Of a DNA stretch of 64,000 nt, positions 52,330 through 64,000 are shown piece by piece; the stretch's first letter is position 1, and each line of letters opens with the position of its first letter. The position numbers and the translations under genes are program-made. Source of the DNA: Octopus vulgaris (lineage: Eukaryota); NCBI GenBank assembly GCA_951406725.2, contig OX597818.1, positions 65,038,001 through 65,102,000 of the forward strand, given 5' to 3'. The notes below the pieces were generated by a model. It was not told where the DNA came from. It was given only the letters and a program-made list of their open reading frames with translations, and did not search any database.

Positions 52330-54025
52330 AATTGTAGAAAGAATATAAAATTTCTAAGACTAAATGCGTCGCAATTGAAATCTATATAATACAAAAATGT
52401 TTGATTTTTAGATGTTGCGACTTCAAACTGTGAGCAATTGACATATCTACTTCAAAACATCTCGTGTATATTGCTTGTAAGATTCAGTTAAAAGTAGGTA
52501 AGCCCAGTTTTCGAATGAATCAGAAAATGTCTACTATGCCTAAGATTGCGTCTCGTGTATGTAATTTCAATGTGTTGTAGAAAGAAGGATTAATATATTA
52601 CTATGAAGAAGTATCCATCTCAAAGTCTAATTATTGGTGCCGAGATAAGAGTCTCGTAATGAAATAAACATCGTCAAGGATATTTCCAAAATAGAATCGG
52701 TCTCAATGACAATTAATTTCAAATTTCATTACATAATAGCTATGCATTTATCAGGATTCCTTGTTATCGAGCTAGGAAAATCTTGAAAATTTTATAATTC
52801 GTTATTGGAGTTTGGTTTAAACATAATACTGTCGCAGAGTATTGAGGACATCAAAAATGAAATGTACGTTACGTGAACATATTCTTAACATCTTTTTCAA
52901 TCTATCAGAAATACCTTCACAACTGTTGTCGCAAATAAATAATTATCCATTGAGGTTTTCTTTTTCAAGCTTTAGACACAGAAGAAATAAAAATTCTGCT
53001 GCGCTGCTTTCATTCATTTTTCTCAGGTACTTACCTGGCTGTGTTATACCGAACAATTCTTTGTAAAAGAAAATATATCATGTCAACTCAGGTAGAAAGG
53101 AACCCTTCCGATATCTCTGCAAGTGTTTGCTTTTATTATTTTCCGTAGCATGCAAAGAGATGATAATGTCTCATTATCTCCTCTTTTCATTTCGAGCCAC
53201 GGATTAATAGAAAACCTATAGGATATCTGAAGTGTTGCTTAGATTTCCATATTTCTAGTTATCTGCAAACTGAAATATATTCTAAAGAAACAACAGTCAA
53301 ATAATAATAAAAATAATAAAAAAAACACACAACAACCATCAAAAGATAAATCCTGTTGTGTACCAGAAAATATAAATCAAAATGCGATAAAAGTTACGAA
53401 ATGATGCAGCAGCTGCTGTTTTTAGATAGCAGCTTATTAGCGCATGTGATATTTATTGTAAACTTTGTAATACTGTTCAGTCTAAAGTTAAAATAAGATT
53501 AATATAATCCAGATACAATACATCATCTAAAAAAAACCATAACAAAATTATTTACAGTAAATACTAAAAAAATATGTACAGTAAAATATTTTAAAGAATG
53601 CGTGGATAAATGAAACATGCCTGGGAATTAGTGCAGCTTTGACTGTTATTATCGCGGAGCAGTCGATGCACTCTTCAAATATTCCTGTTTCTTCGTGTTA
53701 ATAAATATGTTATTGTATCGACATATTGAGAGTACGGTGCTGTGACTATTAGATTAGAGTCATTTGAGCTAACGAAACCATCTCGAAGTGGTCGCCTTCC
53801 CGGCTACTTATACAAAGATATCTCAACTTAAGAAGCACAAAACAACATCATGAACGAAGGGACACCCGGAAGTATAAACCTAGATAAAAAAAGATGCGTG
53901 TTAATCAAATGCATTCGATCATAGGTCAGATCGATCTGTGTATACCAAAAGCAAATATCTAACGGTAAAGAATCAATGCGTGACAGTAGGGTAGTAATGC
54001 CAAAAAGTGAAATAAAGCTTCGCAT
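52330..54025 (-). pseudogene. Decayed Toll-like receptor, best-preserved member (LRR - LRR-CT - TIR)
   Basis: IDSLPLDI...IDLTYDRMHLINTHLF, LLKLRYLCISS, RTLNMS/YNNI, LRR-CT NLNG*LFICDNSC (52915-52975), then TIR MFIS...LRWIL, LKLHTRDAILG (52538-52570), LLLTESY and CFEVDMSIAHSL (52424-52459), in colinear order. Confidence 0.65.
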
Positions 54026-54249
54026 TCAACGAGTAATACACGAGAAATCACACATATATAATGGGCGGAAATGTTATTTGATTTATTAATTTTGTTGTAT
54101 GAATCAAAATTAAATGTACAATGTTACAGCATGATCAATGTTCTAGCATGAGCTCTACAGTCCATATAACGTTATGCACTGCCAAAATGAGAGTGATAAA
54201 GTATTTTACACAATTATCTCATTGAATTAATTGTGCTGACAAATCGACT

Positions 54250-56760
54250 GAGAAATTTCCACGCAGTACTCGTTTATTGACGAGATTTGGTAACCGAGGA
54301 TCGCTCAATATTCCAGACTGGGGATGTAGACAGCATACCCATAATTGAGAATCGTATTTCTTAAACACCACTCTTTGTTTCGCAGCAAAAATATGTTACG
54401 ACTGTTTTAACAAAATTTTTGTAATACAAATATGTTTTTATAGTGCGCTTTAATCTTTGGAATGGTACTTGCAATTAACATCAATAGTTTAATCCTAAAA
54501 CTTGAATGACAAATATATTATAATCCTGTTCTTATATATATTTTTAGTGACTAAAATGCGTCCATGTGGTACAGATTTACCGATGATATTTTAAATGGAA
54601 CTCAGTGACTACAAGTCGGATGCATATTATATTCATCTTTTGCTGCTGAACTGTTATGTTGCTAGGGTAAACAAACCCGGGTTGGCATGTGGTGAAAGAC
54701 AAGCAAAGACACAGAGATTTACCCACAAGAAAATACACATACAAATAGGTTTCCGTCTACAATATTCTCAGAAAATGAATTGCTCTCCGCGGCTTAATGG
54801 AAGACATTTGATACATGTTCGTGCATCAGAACTGAAGTGAACCGACGAGATTGCGAAGCAAAACTTTAGCCACATAGCTAGGAAGGCGGAAGCAACTTTC
54901 CTTCTAATATCATGAATAATGGGACATCATTATACTTTTCTACCCAGAGGCGGATAACTGACAGAATTGTTAATGCGGGGAAACAAAAGGATGAGATCCT
55001 TTGTTCCGGCTGAGGTGGACTTTGCCTTTCATCTAATTGGGTTCGATAAAATGATATCTGTGGGATCGATGTCTTTCAATATTTTTCTCCTTATAAGCAT
55101 ATTTTATGGAATGGTGGTCCATTTTCGAGATTTATGCAACAAATAAAAGAAAACGCGATCATTGTTCTTGTACTAAAATTTGAAAGACGTATTCATATAT
55201 TCCCAAGTTCCGCTATTCTCTTTTAAATCACATTAAGTATTCGCTAAACGGAAGTCCTGGTTTCATTTCACCACGATTCAGGCATTTGCAGGCATCCTCA
55301 AATCTATCTTTTCCGTAGTAACCCTTTCGCCATCCTTTACTGCCTTTCCAGAATGCTTCCCTATAAAAAATTGCCTACCTTCTCATGAACATTACACAAC
55401 TGTCAAATTATAATTATTTAACAATTCGTTAGCACTTGTGCGGTAAGTCTTTGAATTTCATGGACAGCGGCATCTTCCAGGACAGACACAAAGTCTAAAT
55501 ATATTGTCTTCTACACTCGTCGTTCAATAATAAAGATGTTATGGATTGATGTGCATCTTACCAATCACTTATTTCTATCAAAATTGTCAGACTTACTTTG
55601 TTATTCGATTTTGGTATACAAAAACACGTATAAAGCGTGAGAGGGAGAAAAAAAGAGCAACATTCACACACTCATACGCAAGTATTTTTCAGCCTCCCGC
55701 TACCATGTACTCTGACTCGTCTGTTTTACTCTGGCACCGGCGCCGACCATCGACCCCCGCCTCCTTCCAGCTTATTTACCAGTTCATTCGTCTTACATCA
55801 AACAGAGGCTGGTATTATTAGTTCGTATTCCCTACGTTGTTCCTCGTTGCTTTTATTTTCGACATTATATGGAAGTTCTGTCATCTTTAATGGATTCAGT
55901 CATACGCCTGCAGCTATACTAAGGCATCGTCTTGAAATATCTAAGTGAAACGAATTGATTCCAAGTACATTTTTAAAACCAGGTACTTATTCTTTCACTC
56001 TCTTTTGCAGAACCACTAAGGTACGGTGATTTAAACATAAAAACACATGTAAGTCGGTGCCAGGGGACAAACACCACATGTACATATACGCTTTAATTGC
56101 TTTTTCAATTTCTACTCCAACATATTGTATTTGTTATGGGTTTGTTATAATTTGTTATGGTTCATGTTATACAAAAATTCACATTGATTTTATGAATTGT
56201 CGTCTATTTTCTGAACATTTGAAAACGTTTTGCTTATAAATTACTGGATTTTAAGTCATCGAGTGTTCTTTGGTAATTAATCCCCTCCCTTATTTCGCTG
56301 TCTGTTTCTGCAAGTAATTAACCAGTATTTACCTAATAGTAACATATTGGAGATTGTATAACAGAGGCAATTCGCAGATAATTAAATTAAATAGATTAGC
56401 GTGGTAATCTATGAAGTATTTAACATGATTTTATTAAACTCTCTGAAACATGAATTTAAATAGTATCAAATTGGATGTTTTTTATGCTATTTAATATTCA
56501 CTGATATATTTAACTATATATTGGCTTGAAAGTGTCAGTGTTGATTGTAACAATTTCTATTCGACATCATGTTTTCTACGCTTGAAAAAAGTTTTCAACA
56601 ATGATCAATTCTTTTATCATAAAATCTAATATTCAGAATACCTCAATCATTGATTGATCGCCGCATAACAAGGTGGCTGGGCGACGACGTCATTTGCGGA
56701 ATGCTGTGGAGTCCAATCAGCGGAATATATTTCAACAGGTAGACACTGGTCGCTGATTGT
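54250..56760 (-). pseudogene. Decayed Toll-like receptor (LRR-NT/LRRs ... TIR), interrupted by SINE relics
   Basis: GLHSIPQ, ILDFMIKELIIVENFFQ, EIVTINTDTFKPIYS*IY; TIR DYNIFVI and NSRNIFLLRNKEWC (54365-54406). Confidence 0.5.
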
Positions 56761-57204
56761 ACACAAACCGGTTTTAGTTAGTAGTAAAATTTGTTTAACC
56801 GTTAATACGATGCAATTTATGAGAGAATATCTAAGACAATAATATCACGAATATGTAGATGAAAATAATTTCAAACGCTGAATAATAGTTGCAAGTAGGA
56901 TTCACTATAAGCTTTCATAATTGCGAATTCTGATTCGTTAGTGAGTGTCATGACTTAACAAATTCAGAATTTTTGTTGACTCAAAACTCGATGATTATGT
57001 TTCAAAGACTGCAACATATTTCTCAGTAGACAGAACCACGATATTTACATTAAGTGTATTCCATAGAGTATCGGTTTCGAATCTATTCATTCGAATGTGT
57101 TTATTAACTTCCTAGTGCCGTGCAAGAGTCGACGAAAATACCATCGATGTTAAATCAACAGAGGGTTTCTAGAATGAGATATAAATGCCAGAGTTGATTG
57201 GAAA

Positions 57205-57570
57205 ATGACAGTCAATTTACTCAGAGTTTGAATGCATTTCACTAATTGTGCTTATGCAGAAGATTAAAGATCATTTACAGAGACAGAATTACAAACACTA
57301 AAATCCTGAGAAGAGCCAATCTATGCAAAGTGCAGAAGAATGTAGCGGAAAGAAAAGTGAAACGTATGGGCCCTGCTTTCTGGCTGACAGAAAAACAAAT
57401 ACCGAAGACAGGGAGACGATGCGTATCGGCAGATGGAAGAAGGAAGTTTGTAAGACACATGAAGATATTACGTGCTCTCAAAAGAAGATCTGAAGTAACT
57501 TGGCAAAACCTTCCATGAGAGCAAGAGTGGCGTCCATTAACTCACCAATAAATGAAGTATACACTAAGTG
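57205..57570 (+). mobile_element. RTE-like LINE 3' relic
   Basis: LNAFH*LCLCRRLKIIYRDRITNTKILRRANL...RM...IPK...GRRK pattern of the RTE C-terminus. Confidence 0.7.
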
Positions 57571-58246
57571 ACGGGATATGTCACGTTCTGGATGTAAGAC
57601 GGAACTTCCTTACAGACACCAACCCAATAGGATATCGGTTCAATAATGACATCCAGTTGCAGACAATTCCAAACAGTCACTCAATGCCTTGAATTCTGTT
57701 TTTGAATTCTGAGAACGAACGAAAAGACTCGGGTGGAAGGATATGTGTTGGGAACTCGGCTGTCATGTTGTTCTATGAGAAAGTAAGTAGCGGTTGTGGG
57801 AATGCAGACAAATGTGCATAGCTTTCATGGTGTGTTGGCATAAAAGGGTGTGGTCTGTGTTGTGTGTATGTCTACCGATATGTTAAATTAAAATAATGAC
57901 TGGAGTATGAGTAGAAAATGACACAAAATTGGTAAACACTCCACAGATTTTGAAAGGATGTCAACACACTAAAACACACGTAAAACACACACACACACGC
58001 ATATAAAAATGTGTGATGTGGATCTGTGCGTAGTCAGTATATATGAATAACTAAAACGTTTCCTACGCAACAATGAAGACCTAGATTTCTTCCTGCTCCG
58101 TTATTTCTTGCCACGGTTTCATTGACGCACATTTTATAATTTTCCGTCGTTAATTTATGCTTCTGATTCTATGGCCAAAACACAAGCGATATTATTAGGA
58201 TATTATTACCACTTACAGACGTCAGTTATGTATTTTTTAATTGTTA

Positions 58247-58467
58247 GAGTATTCCCTCGACTATTACGGGTGTTACGTTCCAATATCACACGCGATAGGT
58301 GAAAATCAGCGAAGTAAAATCAGTAATGTACTGTATAATTTTTTACTTATTTTTTATAATTTGTATATATTTATTTTATTATAAACACAAAACAATACCA
58401 CGGAGGTATCGACGTAAGCTTAGATAATAAACCGCGATAGGTGAACCGCGATATTGCAAGGGATTAC
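58247..58467 (+). mobile_element. Tigger/pogo-like MITE, copy 2
   Basis: TA|GAGTATTCCCTCGACTAT ... ATATTGCAAGGGATTAC termini; matches 48705-48946 in the opposite orientation. Confidence 0.7.
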
Positions 58468-58499
58468 GCTTTATATCCCAAACGAGGCAGGAAGCCAAT

Positions 58500-58760
58500 T
58501 ATTGTAAGGCGATATCAAGAGAAAACATGACGGAATGAAAGAATTGCTTTAGATTTACAAGCGCTCATAAGATACTTTGGAAAAAAAATGGAATGAAAAC
58601 GAAATACAAAGTCTGGCAGTTCGAAGAGAAAAAGTTACGCGCATACAAAGAATTCTTTACTTCCGGAAACACAACAACATTCCTTCAAAGTTTGAAAACT
58701 CGTGTCAAACACTATTAATGTAGACCAACTATCTCGATAATGACGTTTGGGATTATTCTA
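58500..58760 (-). pseudogene. LRR relic (start of another TLR array member)
   Basis: STLIVFDTSFQTLKE, FPEVKNSLYARNFF and ALVNLKQF. Confidence 0.35.
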
Positions 58761-58954
58761 TTACAATATACGTTCGGGTTGACTTCTTATCTCTTTATTA
58801 GATTTTCAGGCTGTCAAATAATATTGATTGTGCATAGTACACAGGATAAAATTTTATTTATTTAAGCCGTAAGATATATATTCGACACTCCAACTAAACA
58901 GAACGCCTTATATTAAAGCTGGTTTACATTTGGAACTGCACCCATTTTTCGGTA

Positions 58955-59275
58955 AGCACTTTTGAGCAAATTCCAAATGATATGCGGCTATAATTTCGTT
59001 TTGGTTTCATTCCAGTAATGCATTTATGATTGAGAAACGAAATAAATTAATGCAATAGACTATTAATTTTTCAACAGTATATAACACGAAGAATTATAGA
59101 GAAACTGGAAATATTTTGTAATGTATTCAAACACACAGAAATTAGTCTCCATTAACACTAATGGTGTTTTGTACATTATGGAGAAACGACAATAATTTTG
59201 GATCCATAAAACGTATGAATGACGAATTTTTCACTATAATCTATTCCATCAGAAATGTTGCATCCGATCAGTTAA
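58955..59275 (-). pseudogene. TIR domain relic
   Basis: IGCNISDGI, YGSKIIVVSP...HH*C/LMETNF (WCxME), LLE*NQNE (LEW) and IWNLLKSA (box 3). Confidence 0.55.
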
Positions 59276-59467
59276 TGATGCATTGCATAAGGCACACACA
59301 CACACACAAACACACACACGAGCATATGCAAAGAAACATACATGCATATGTATATACAAACACACACACGCATATATATATATATATATTTATACATATC
59401 TGCATACATACCTATATCAATATGTATGGGTATATTTGTGAGTGCGTGTCTGTGTGAGTGATTATAT

Positions 59468-59509
<42 letters not shown>

Positions 59510-59574
59510 GCACACACACACAAACACAGAGTGAAAAGACTTGAGAGAGTGAGAGAAAGAGAACATGAGATATA

Positions 59575-60285
59575 TCATTTTCTAAGTCAAGACACAAGGC
59601 CCGTAATTTTTGAGAAGGAAGCCAGTCGATTATATCGACCCCAGTACGCAACTGGTACGTAATTTATCGCCCCAAAGGGCAAAGCACAGAGAGGACAAAC
59701 AAGGACAGACAAACGGATTAAGTCGATTATATCGACCCAATGCGTACCTGATACTTATTTAATCGACCCCGAAATGATGAAAGGCAAAGTCGACCTCGGC
59801 GGAATTTGAACTCAGAACGTAGCGGCAGACGAATTACCTATTTCTTTACTACCCACAAGGGGTTAAACACAGAGAGGACAAACACGGACAGAAACGGATT
59901 AAATCGATTTTATCGACTCCAGTGCGTAACTGGTATTTATTTAATTGACCCCGAAAGGATGAAAGGCAAAGTCGACCTCGGCGGAATTTGAACTCAGAAC
60001 GACGAATTACCTATTTCTTTACTACCCACAAGGGTTAAACAGCAGACGAAATACCTATTTCTTTACTACCCAAAAGGGGCTAAACACAGAGGGGACAAAC
60101 AAGGACAGACAAACGGATTAAGTCGATTACATCGATCCCCAGTGCGTAACTGGTACTTAATTTATCAACCCCGAAAGAATGAAAGGCAAAGTCAACCTCG
60201 GGGGATTTGAACTCAGAACGTAACGGCAGACGAAATACGGCTACGCATTTCGCCCGGCGTGCTAATGAATCTGCCAGCTCGCCGA
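59575..60285 (-). mobile_element. Multimeric Meta-like SINE (about 4 internal tandem units behind one head)
   Basis: Repeated GACCCCGAAA.GATGAAAGGCAAAGTC.ACCTCGG.GGA.TTTGAACTCAGAAC; head GGCGAGCTGGCAGA at the right end. Confidence 0.9.
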
Positions 60286-60719
60286 TTTAGAGAGGGAGAT
60301 ATACAGATATAGACATGAACGTAATAATATTATTTCTCTTATGATTTGCACCCTGCTGCTACATAACCCTGTTAAAGTGGTTGTTTGGTTATATAAAACC
60401 ACGTTCGTTTCGTTGAACTGCTAAAAGCATATAAGCCTGTGAATTTGGTTGGCAAATTCAAAGTTAAGTTAATTATCTGCATTTAAGAAAATTGTTAAAT
60501 TAGCTTAGAAATTATCTCTGGCAACAAATCATTTTTTAAATGAATATAGAAACTGAACAGCCATTAAATTATAATTACCAAAGTGCTCAATGATTTGTGC
60601 TTAATGTTTTTTGAGCAACTTAAAGGAACTTGTAATATTTTAAGTGGCCTTGCAACAAGTTCGAATAATCATAAAGCGTACCTCCTCGGCAAGAGTAATA
60701 AAAAAAATGCTTTTAGTCT

Positions 60720-62065
60720 TTGTATTGGATAGGAAATGAAGTGGCGTGTTTACAGGATCGGTAGCATCCCGGGGAAAACGCTTGGCTGATTTCCATCGGT
60801 CTTTACTTTCTGAGTTCAAATTCCACCAAGGTCGACTTTGCCATTTAACATTTTGCGTTAAATAAAATAAGTACCATTTAAACACTGAAGTCAATGAATT
60901 CAGTTTACACTGCCCCAAATTATGGACGTTTGACAAGATATTAATTCAATCTCAGATGTGAAACCAGGCGGCGAGCCGCAAGAATTTGTAGTGCACAGGA
61001 AAAAGATACTAAGTGTTATCCAATCTGTCTTGTTCTGAGTTAAAAATCGGCTGAGGTCGCCTTTCTATTTTATCCCTTCTTAGGTTAATAAAATAGTTAT
61101 TAGTTTAGCACAGGAGCACCCCACGAATTTGCTGGTCTAATGCCGAAATTTGAGACCATAATTAGATATGAAATAACATCTTAAGTGTTTTTCTTTACAA
61201 GTTTATTTCTTCATTTAAATATTTCTTGCATCTTTCAGGCGAAGGCGTTGCTGCTTCGTGGCGAACAAAATTCCGTTTCAACAACGTGGTTTCAGGTTCA
61301 TTCCCTGCGTGGCAGCTTAGGTTAGCGGCTTCTTCTATAGAGCTGTGAGGGAATTTGATAAAAAGAAACTGTGTGGAAGCCCGTTCTATATATACATGTG
61401 TGTGTTTGTGTCGTTGTATTTGTGCATGTTTGTCCCTCCATTGCTTCAAAACTCGTGATTCTTTACAAGGGTATAGCGTTTGAGCAGACCGATAGAGGAT
61501 GAATGGAGTCACTAAAAACCACTTCGAGCAGCCGCTCCAAGATGGCCGCAGGCCAATGACTGACAGAAGAAAAAGGTACAAATTAAAAATATGTTTAATG
61601 ATTATGAAACTCATCAAGGGACGAGTTGGCTGAATCGTTTGCAAGCCGGACAAAATACTTAGTAACATTTAATCCGTCTTCGTATTTTGAGTTAAATTTC
61701 CTCCGAAGTCGACATTGCTTTTTATTCTTTTAGGAGTCAATCAAATAAGTACAACTTGTACATGGAGTCGATATAATCGAATCATCCCCTCCCACGAATT
61801 TGATGGAATTGTGGGCCTTGTGCCAAAATTGGAAAAACTAATGAAATCCAAAAGCGGCGAGCTGTCAGAAATATTTATTAGAACGCAGGGTAAAATGCTT
61901 GTTTTCATTTTGTCAGCCTTTACATCCTGAATTTAAATTTCACGAAGGTTGACTCTGACTTTCATCCTTTTAGGTCAATAAAATGATTATCAGTTCATCA
62001 CTCTGATCGATATAATTGATTTAAGCCTCACTTCTAATTGTGGGCCTTTAGCTAATATTTCAACC
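60720..62065. mobile_element. Cluster of degenerate SINEs (Meta-like and 33813 families)
   Basis: Repeated GGCGAGCTG heads and GAGTT.AAATT../GTCGACTTTGCC cores at about 60750, 60967, 61617 and 61855. Confidence 0.7.
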
Positions 62066-62379
62066 CATATTACGAAATCTAAAGCAAGGAGGGTGATCTC
62101 TCCTCCTCTACAGAGACTGGAAGATTTGAACGTGTCGCCGTAAATTACTTGTCGACCACAGACGATGATTCATCAACCTATCGGGTATAATAATATCTCG
62201 GCCACACAACTTACTGAATATATCTCATTATTTTAATATCATACATTAATAAATATTGGCGTAGTATATAATTAATAAATGATCTCAATATTTGCATAAG
62301 TTTTCATTACTTTCGACATATTTTCAGAATGTCAACGTCGATGCCCTTCGAATATTTAATCATAGAGTATGTCATTGCG

Positions 62380-62560
62380 ATAGAAAATATTTATTTATTG
62401 ATTTTTCAAATTATATTCCTTGGTGAATATTTACTCGTGTACCAATGTCGTAAGAGATATTAAAAATTATATACGATTTATAACCATATTTGTATAATAA
62501 CGATGTCGCATTAAGCCTGCTTGGCTGTTTTCGAAATATTGCAACGATGAGGTAGCAGAA
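62380..62560 (-). pseudogene. LRR relic (ectodomain upstream of the 58955 TIR)
   Basis: SSLQYFENSQAGL and IIFNISYD; also PNFIYLNI at about 63630-63655. Confidence 0.35.
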
Positions 62561-62759
62561 CAATTAACGACATTTCACGAATTGGGTTTTCTATCCCATC
62601 CAGAGCTGTAAATATTTTAGGGTCATCGACTTTGCACCACCAATCAAATGAATTGGGATTAGTACCAAGTGGGGTTTATTTCATCTCAGGATGAAATCTA
62701 ATTTCATTATTTACATTATTTGTATTTGACGGATATTTGTCCTCATCTTGTTTGTTGTT

Positions 62760-62805
62760 AACACAACTTTTCGGCTGATATGCCCTCCAGCCTTCATCAG
62801 GTGTC
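62760..62805 (-). ncRNA. Minimal hammerhead motif (left arm)
   Basis: GACAC-CTGATGA-AGGCTG gagggcatat CAGCC-GAAAA-GTT-GTGTT. Confidence 0.65.
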
Positions 62806-63042
62806 TTGGGGAAATTTCCAACCTGGGTTCGCATTCCTAATGTATTTTTGATGTTGTTGTTATTATTATTATTATTATTTTTATTATTATTATTATTGGG
62901 AAATTTCGAAATTTCATTCCTCAGATATTTTTCGATGTTATTATTATTATTAACCACTACGCCATATGACCACGGGCATATAGCGTAGTGGTTAATCGAA
63001 AAATACCTTAGGAATGAGAACCCAGGTTCGAAATTTCTCCAA

Positions 63043-63088
63043 GACACCTGCTGAAGGCTGGAGCGTATATCAGCCGAAACGTTGTGTT
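63043..63088 (+). ncRNA. Minimal hammerhead motif (right arm, core variant CTGCTGA)
   Basis: GACAC-CTGCTGA-AGGCTG gagcgtatat CAGCC-GAAAC-GTT-GTGTT. Confidence 0.6.
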
Positions 63089-63209
63089 AACAACAAAAAA
63101 GATGAGGAGAAATATCCCTCAAATGTAAATAATGTAAATAGTGTACGTAATTTCTCATCTCTTAAATATAGAATGTGATATCTCTTTTATTTCCATCTCA
63201 ATGATATGC

Positions 63210-63625
63210 GTGACTGTGTGGTGGGAAGCTTGCTGCCCTACCACGTGATTCTGCATGACTCCGTAAATAAATGCCTTGTACTGTAGCCTCGACCAAAGCC
63301 TTGTGAATAGATTTGATAGAGAGAAACTGAACAAAGCCCGTCTTTTGCGTCTGTGTGTGCTCATGCCTGCATGTGTGTGTGTATGTGTGTGTTTATATGT
63401 GTGCGGGTGCGTGTATGGGGGGTGTCTTTGTGGTTGTACCTCGCCACTGCTTGACTGCAGGTTTTTGCGATTTTATGACTTCGAAACCTAGAGTTTCGGA
63501 AAAAGAGATCATACAAAAAGTACACCCACCACACAAAAAAAACAGGGGTCGACCTATTTGACTAAAATTTTTCAAGGTGGTGCTCCAGCATGGCTACAGT
63601 CTGATGACTGAAAGAAACAAAACAG
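63210..63625 (+). mobile_element. Degenerate full-length SINE (33813 family)
   Basis: GTGACTGTGTGGT.GGAAGCTTGCT head, GCCTTGTGAATAGATTTG, tail GGTGGTGCTCCAGCATGGCTACAGTC. Confidence 0.8.
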
Positions 63626-64000
63626 AAACGATATTCAAATAAATGAAGTTTGGGTTTTAGCAATATTTTATAATCAAATTTAGAACTGCTTAATTTATGT
63701 TCCCAAATGAGGCTGATGTGGCAGGAATTCCAGACGTCAAAGGAATTCCACTCTGAGGAATAACGGTCCAGAAGAAATAGAATCTATACACCAAAACTGG
63801 GGAAAGATCCGTAAATAAACATCTAATTCTTGACAAAACCCCATGGAACTTTCACTCGTGCCTCACTGTTTACATTACATCGAATATTTGAACTTAGTTC
63901 TCTCTCTGTGGAATTTACTGAATCTTAGAATTTCTATGAATATTTAATTATTTTATCAGTATGTTTTTCCAGAGTTTTGCATGTATTTTCCATTTCTGGT

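Larger units (their letters stand above)
62702..63172. mobile_element. Head-to-head inverted dimer of a short element: tRNA-like A-box head + (TAA)n + hammerhead tail
   Basis: 62702-62855 is the reverse complement of about 62995-63140. Central hairpin TTAACCACTACGCCATATGACC-AC-GGGCATATAGCGTAGTGGTTAA (62950-62995) contains the A-box TRGCGTAGTGG on each strand. Confidence 0.8.

Noticed and set aside
56684-56720. CRE-like GACGTCA plus CCAAT box as a promoter
   Set aside because: No downstream gene evident, and the same bases are better explained as part of the minus-strand LRR-NT relic (GLHSIPQ).
59575-60285. Regularly spaced repeats suggestive of a CRISPR array
   Set aside because: Units are SINE multimers without unique spacers; eukaryotic context and no cas genes.

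Overview
This is AT-rich, microsatellite-saturated eukaryotic DNA. Its repeat families resemble those of octopus/coleoid cephalopods, though the species is inferred rather than shown. I found no intact protein-coding gene; most ORFs in the track are simple-repeat artefacts. Three layers are visible. (1) Much of the unique-looking DNA between repeats carries, on the minus strand, stop- and frameshift-riddled motifs of LRR, LRR-CT, transmembrane and TIR domains in the right order. I read this as a decayed head-to-tail array of roughly 8-10 Toll-like receptor pseudogenes across the window, based on manual translation only. (2) (TA)n/(TAA)n-embedded short elements, often arranged as inverted dimers, carry minimal type-I hammerhead ribozyme motifs from at least five different sequence families. 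One family has a tRNA-like A-box head. A Penelope-like GIY-YIG fragment nearby is a candidate partner. (3) Conventional transposon debris: CR1-like, R4/Dong-like and RTE-like LINE fragments, several tRNA-derived SINE families, a mariner foldback, a maT/DD37D relic, Tigger-like MITEs and a non-autonomous Helitron.
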